Positions 61,212 to 64,000 of a stretch of 64,000 nucleotides of DNA are shown in pieces (position 1 is the first letter of the stretch; each line of letters opens with the position of its first letter). A model generated the notes under the pieces. That model saw only the letters and a list, made by a program, of their open reading frames with translations, made no database searches and was not told the origin of the DNA. This DNA is from Candidatus Poribacteria bacterium (GTDB taxonomy: Bacteria > Poribacteria > WGA-4E > PCPOR2b), in the NCBI GenBank assembly GCA_965218095.1, contig OZ244587.1:1824001-1888000 (forward strand), given 5' to 3'. The position numbers were made by a program, and so were the translations under genes.

Positions 61212-63527
61212 TTAAAACGTCATCGTCACACCGAGATAGGGAAAGAACGGCAATTGATGGAATGCCTCCTTTTCGATGGACGCATTGGAGTTCAACTCGC
61301 GGGTGTACTCGCGTCGGTAGGAAAACTCAAGGACGTTCTTGTGGTTATAGACGTTGAACAATTCGAGGAAAACCCCCATCTGCCAACAGTTGAAGATGAA
61401 CGACTTTTTGATGCGGATGTCGAGCCGATGAAACGGGGGCACGCGCAACGAATTGACCTCGCCCAAGATGGGGACATTAGAAACCACTATCACCTCACCG
61501 TATATCGCATCCGTTTTCTGCACCTTACGCTCCTCGAAGTCGATCGTGGGCGTGTACGGATTCCCTGTCGAATAGCGCCATTTTACACCGATCTCCCATG
61601 TGGGCGACAGATTGTAACTTCCCACGAGTGTTGCCACATGCGTCTGATCGAAAGAGTAAAGGTGCATGGGGGCGTCGGGATGTTCGCGCCGCCGCGAGCG
61701 TGAATAGGCGTAACTGAGAAAGCCGAAGAACCGCTTGCCTTGACGATGCCGCAGAAGAACCTCCGCCCCCCGTGCAAACCCTTCGCCCTGATTGAGATAT
61801 TTCGACACGTTATCCGTCATGATGATTTTGTCAAGGTCTTTGTAATAGCCCGCGAATTTCAAGTGGATTGATGGCGAAATCTTCCGCTCGACTTCGAGAA
61901 CGTAGTGCGTAGCAGTACTCGATTTGACATTGGGGTTACCGATGTCGGGCAAAATGTACCGCGGTTGTGGTCCCTGATTGTATTGTCCATACAAGAGGCG
62001 AATTTCTGACCTGTCTGACACCTGAAATTGGAGACTTGCCCGTGGGCCGACCGATAGCTCGTCCGTGGAGTTCAAATAGGTGGGCCGAACCCCAAACGCG
62101 GCGGAGACGAAAGGAACGGGAGTGTATCGGGCTTGCAGATAACTTTCGAGATGCGTAAAACGTCGCGACAAGTCCAGTTTTTCCAACTTATCTTCATCTA
62201 ATTCAACACCTGCAAAGAACGAGAAATCTTCGTCAAACCTGTCAGGGTCGGAGAGGAGACTCGATACGCTCCTGACCCCGCTTGAAAAGAGGACGCCTGA
62301 CTCTAGTTGATACCTCGAATTCAATTTGTAAATCAAGTCCTCACGAAGTTGATACGTCGGCTGGTCGTCTTGAAAGAAAAAATAAGTTGCATCATCCACA
62401 CCGTGTGCGACTCGGGAGAGGTTATAAGACCGGGAGAGTGTCAAATTTGAGGTGAGTCGATCGGTGAGATGGGAGCGAAGATGAATCCCCTGAGCATTGA
62501 ACCCGTTCTTATAAGAATAGTACTCAAGTTCAGCACCTTCCTCAAACTCCGCTTCAATATTGAAGAAGTCGCTCGTGGCAAACGCATTGAAGGTTAGCTG
62601 ATGCTTCTCGCCCAGGTCATAGCTGAACTGCGCCTGATAGTCCCAAAAACGCGGGAATGCCGTATTCGGGCCCAGTTCCTCATCCGCATCCAGATTAATC
62701 AACAACGGCAGCAACAGGTCAAGATAACTCCGCCGCCCTGCAACATACCACGCGCCACGAGCCCCGATTGGCCCTTCCACCATCCCCTCGGAATAGAGCA
62801 TGTTGATATTGAACTTGCCCGCGACTCGCTCCTGATTGCCATGCCGCGAGTGGATGTCAATAACCGCCTGTGCATCCGAGCCAAATTCCGCACCGAACCC
62901 ACCGGCGTAGACGTCTATCCGCTTGATAACCTCGGTACTGATGGTGGAGACGATTCCGAAGAAATGGTATGGATAGCCTATCGGTAAGCGGTCGAAATAA
63001 AAAACGTTATCTTCCGGGGCACCGCCGCGAATGTAAAGCGAACCGTCGAAATCGTTGGCAACAATGACCCCCGGCAACGATGGCAATGCCCGCAACGCAT
63101 CGCCCGCTGTCCCTGGCATCCGCTTGATTTCAAGGCTTTGCAGACTCTCCTGACTCACTGTCGCCGGAAATCGCTCTGCCGTCACAGGCACTTCCTGCAA
63201 CAAAAGAATTCGTTCAAGGTAGATTTCGACTTCCGTGACTTCTCCCGGCTTGACGGTGGCGGTCGTCTGGTCTGCCAAGCGATAGCCTTCTGCTGAAATG
63301 CTGAACGTATACTCACCCGGCCGCAGGTTTTCAAACCGAAATTTGCCTGCCAAATTTGTCACTGTCTCTTGATTGACCTCCCGCAAGCGAACCTGCGCCG
63401 AAGTGATATGGTCACGGCTGCCTTGCCTGTAAACCGTTCCGAAAACCTCGCCCGTTTCACCTGCGAACGAAACAGGAATGACGGACAGATACAAACTTAT
63501 CGTCAATATCAACATGCGGTGTTTCAC
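61212..63527 (-). CDS. TonB-dependent receptor with N-terminal carboxypeptidase-regulatory-like domain
   Basis: Signal peptide; plug LPSLPGV...IRGG...NVFYFD...GGFGAEFG; barrel ending FNVYN...LGVTMTF. Confidence 0.93.
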   Translation of the reverse strand: MKHRMLILTISLYLSVIPVSFAGETGEVFGTVYRQGSRDHITSAQVRLREVNQETVTNLAGKFRFENLRPGEYTFSISAEGYRLADQTTATVKPGEVTEVEIYLERILLLQEVPVTAERFPATVSQESLQSLEIKRMPGTAGDALRALPSLPGVIVANDFDGSLYIRGGAPEDNVFYFDRLPIGYPYHFFGIVSTISTEVIKRIDVYAGGFGAEFGSDAQAVIDIHSRHGNQERVAGKFNINMLYSEGMVEGPIGARGAWYVAGRRSYLDLLLPLLINLDADEELGPNTAFPRFWDYQAQFSYDLGEKHQLTFNAFATSDFFNIEAEFEEGAELEYYSYKNGFNAQGIHLRSHLTDRLTSNLTLSRSYNLSRVAHGVDDATYFFFQDDQPTYQLREDLIYKLNSRYQLESGVLFSSGVRSVSSLLSDPDRFDEDFSFFAGVELDEDKLEKLDLSRRFTHLESYLQARYTPVPFVSAAFGVRPTYLNSTDELSVGPRASLQFQVSDRSEIRLLYGQYNQGPQPRYILPDIGNPNVKSSTATHYVLEVERKISPSIHLKFAGYYKDLDKIIMTDNVSKYLNQGEGFARGAEVLLRHRQGKRFFGFLSYAYSRSRRREHPDAPMHLYSFDQTHVATLVGSYNLSPTWEIGVKWRYSTGNPYTPTIDFEERKVQKTDAIYGEVIVVSNVPILGEVNSLRVPPFHRLDIRIKKSFIFNCWQMGVFLELFNVYNHKNVLEFSYRREYTRELNSNASIEKEAFHQLPFFPYLGVTMTF

Positions 63528-63557
63528 TGTTGTGTCTCGCTATCTATTTCTCCTTTT

Positions 63558-63591
63558 AGAAACCGAGTTTTTTGCCAAAAACTCGGTTTCT
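63558..63591. repeat. REP-like hairpin between the sigma and TBDR genes
   Basis: AGAAACCGAGTTTTT-TGCC-AAAAACTCGGTTTCT. Confidence 0.65.
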
Positions 63592-63601
63592 GCGATATGT
63601 A

Positions 63602-64000
63602 CTAATCCCCAAAGAAATAGGACGCCAAGCATGTTGCGAGTTGTCCCCTTGCATGATGGAGACGACTTTTCACCGTCCCCTGCCGGATGCCGAGCCGTTT
63701 GGCAATCTTTTTTTCCGGGAGTTCCTCGACGTAGAATAGCCAGACCACCTGTTGATGAATAAGGGGAAGTTCCGAGATGGCGTCCCGAACGACCGTCAAC
63801 TTTTCTTGAAAGAGGACGTGTGTCTCCGGTGCGCGGGAATCTGATGGTATCTGCCCAGCCTCAAAATTTTCGTCGTCAAGGCTACCGAGTGCATGTCTGG
63901 CAGCAGTGCCTTGACGACGCGACCAGTTCCGAACCACATTTTTGGCAATCTCGTGTAGCCACGCCAGAAACGCCGCTTCGGATCTGTCCCTGACCGTCTC
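63602..64000 (-). CDS. ECF sigma-70 factor (5' end outside window)
   Basis: Region 2 FLAWLHEIAKNVVRNW; region 4 IAKRLGIRQGTVKSRLHHAR. Confidence 0.92.
   Translation of the reverse strand, partial: ETVRDRSEAAFLAWLHEIAKNVVRNWSRRQGTAARHALGSLDDENFEAGQIPSDSRAPETHVLFQEKLTVVRDAISELPLIHQQVVWLFYVEELPEKKIAKRLGIRQGTVKSRLHHARGQLATCLASYFFGD

Noticed and set aside
1-64000. Stop-codon reassignment (TAG/TGA read as Trp)
   Set aside because: gmk and rsmA end in TAG and coaBC ends in TGA at their normal positions, and TGG is used throughout. Both stop types appear at Trp sites, as expected from G-to-A mutation.
1-64000. CRISPR array or cas genes (prompted by the caspase/sigma link to type III-E)
   Set aside because: No regularly spaced direct repeats with unique spacers and no Cas-like ORFs were seen.

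Overview
Bacterial chromosomal window of about 50% GC. Its gene content suggests Candidatus Poribacteria (inference): four phytanoyl-CoA dioxygenase paralogs, Asp-box/BNR sialidase-like proteins, and a secreted protein with a C-terminal WGxIK motif. The left end holds core genes (yicC, gmk, coaBC, rsmA, amidase, thiO). A defence block is inserted between gmk and coaBC: an ABC/AAA ATPase coupled to a small PD-(D/E)xK-like protein, followed by a Type IIG/ISP-like RM enzyme. The middle is a decaying accessory region with sugar-catabolism genes, well over a dozen pseudogenes or fragments, three IS5-family copies, a dead IS1, several MITEs and REP-like repeats, three broken toxin-antitoxin pairs, and several promoter-linked structured-RNA candidates. 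The right end holds the best candidate for a novel system: ECF sigma factor, TonB-dependent receptor, zinc anti-sigma factor, and an exported 1134-aa protein with two intact caspase-like (C14) domains, a Gly-rich repeat stalk and a probable outer-membrane anchor. No rRNA, tRNA or CRISPR array was seen. All calls are by eye, without database searches.
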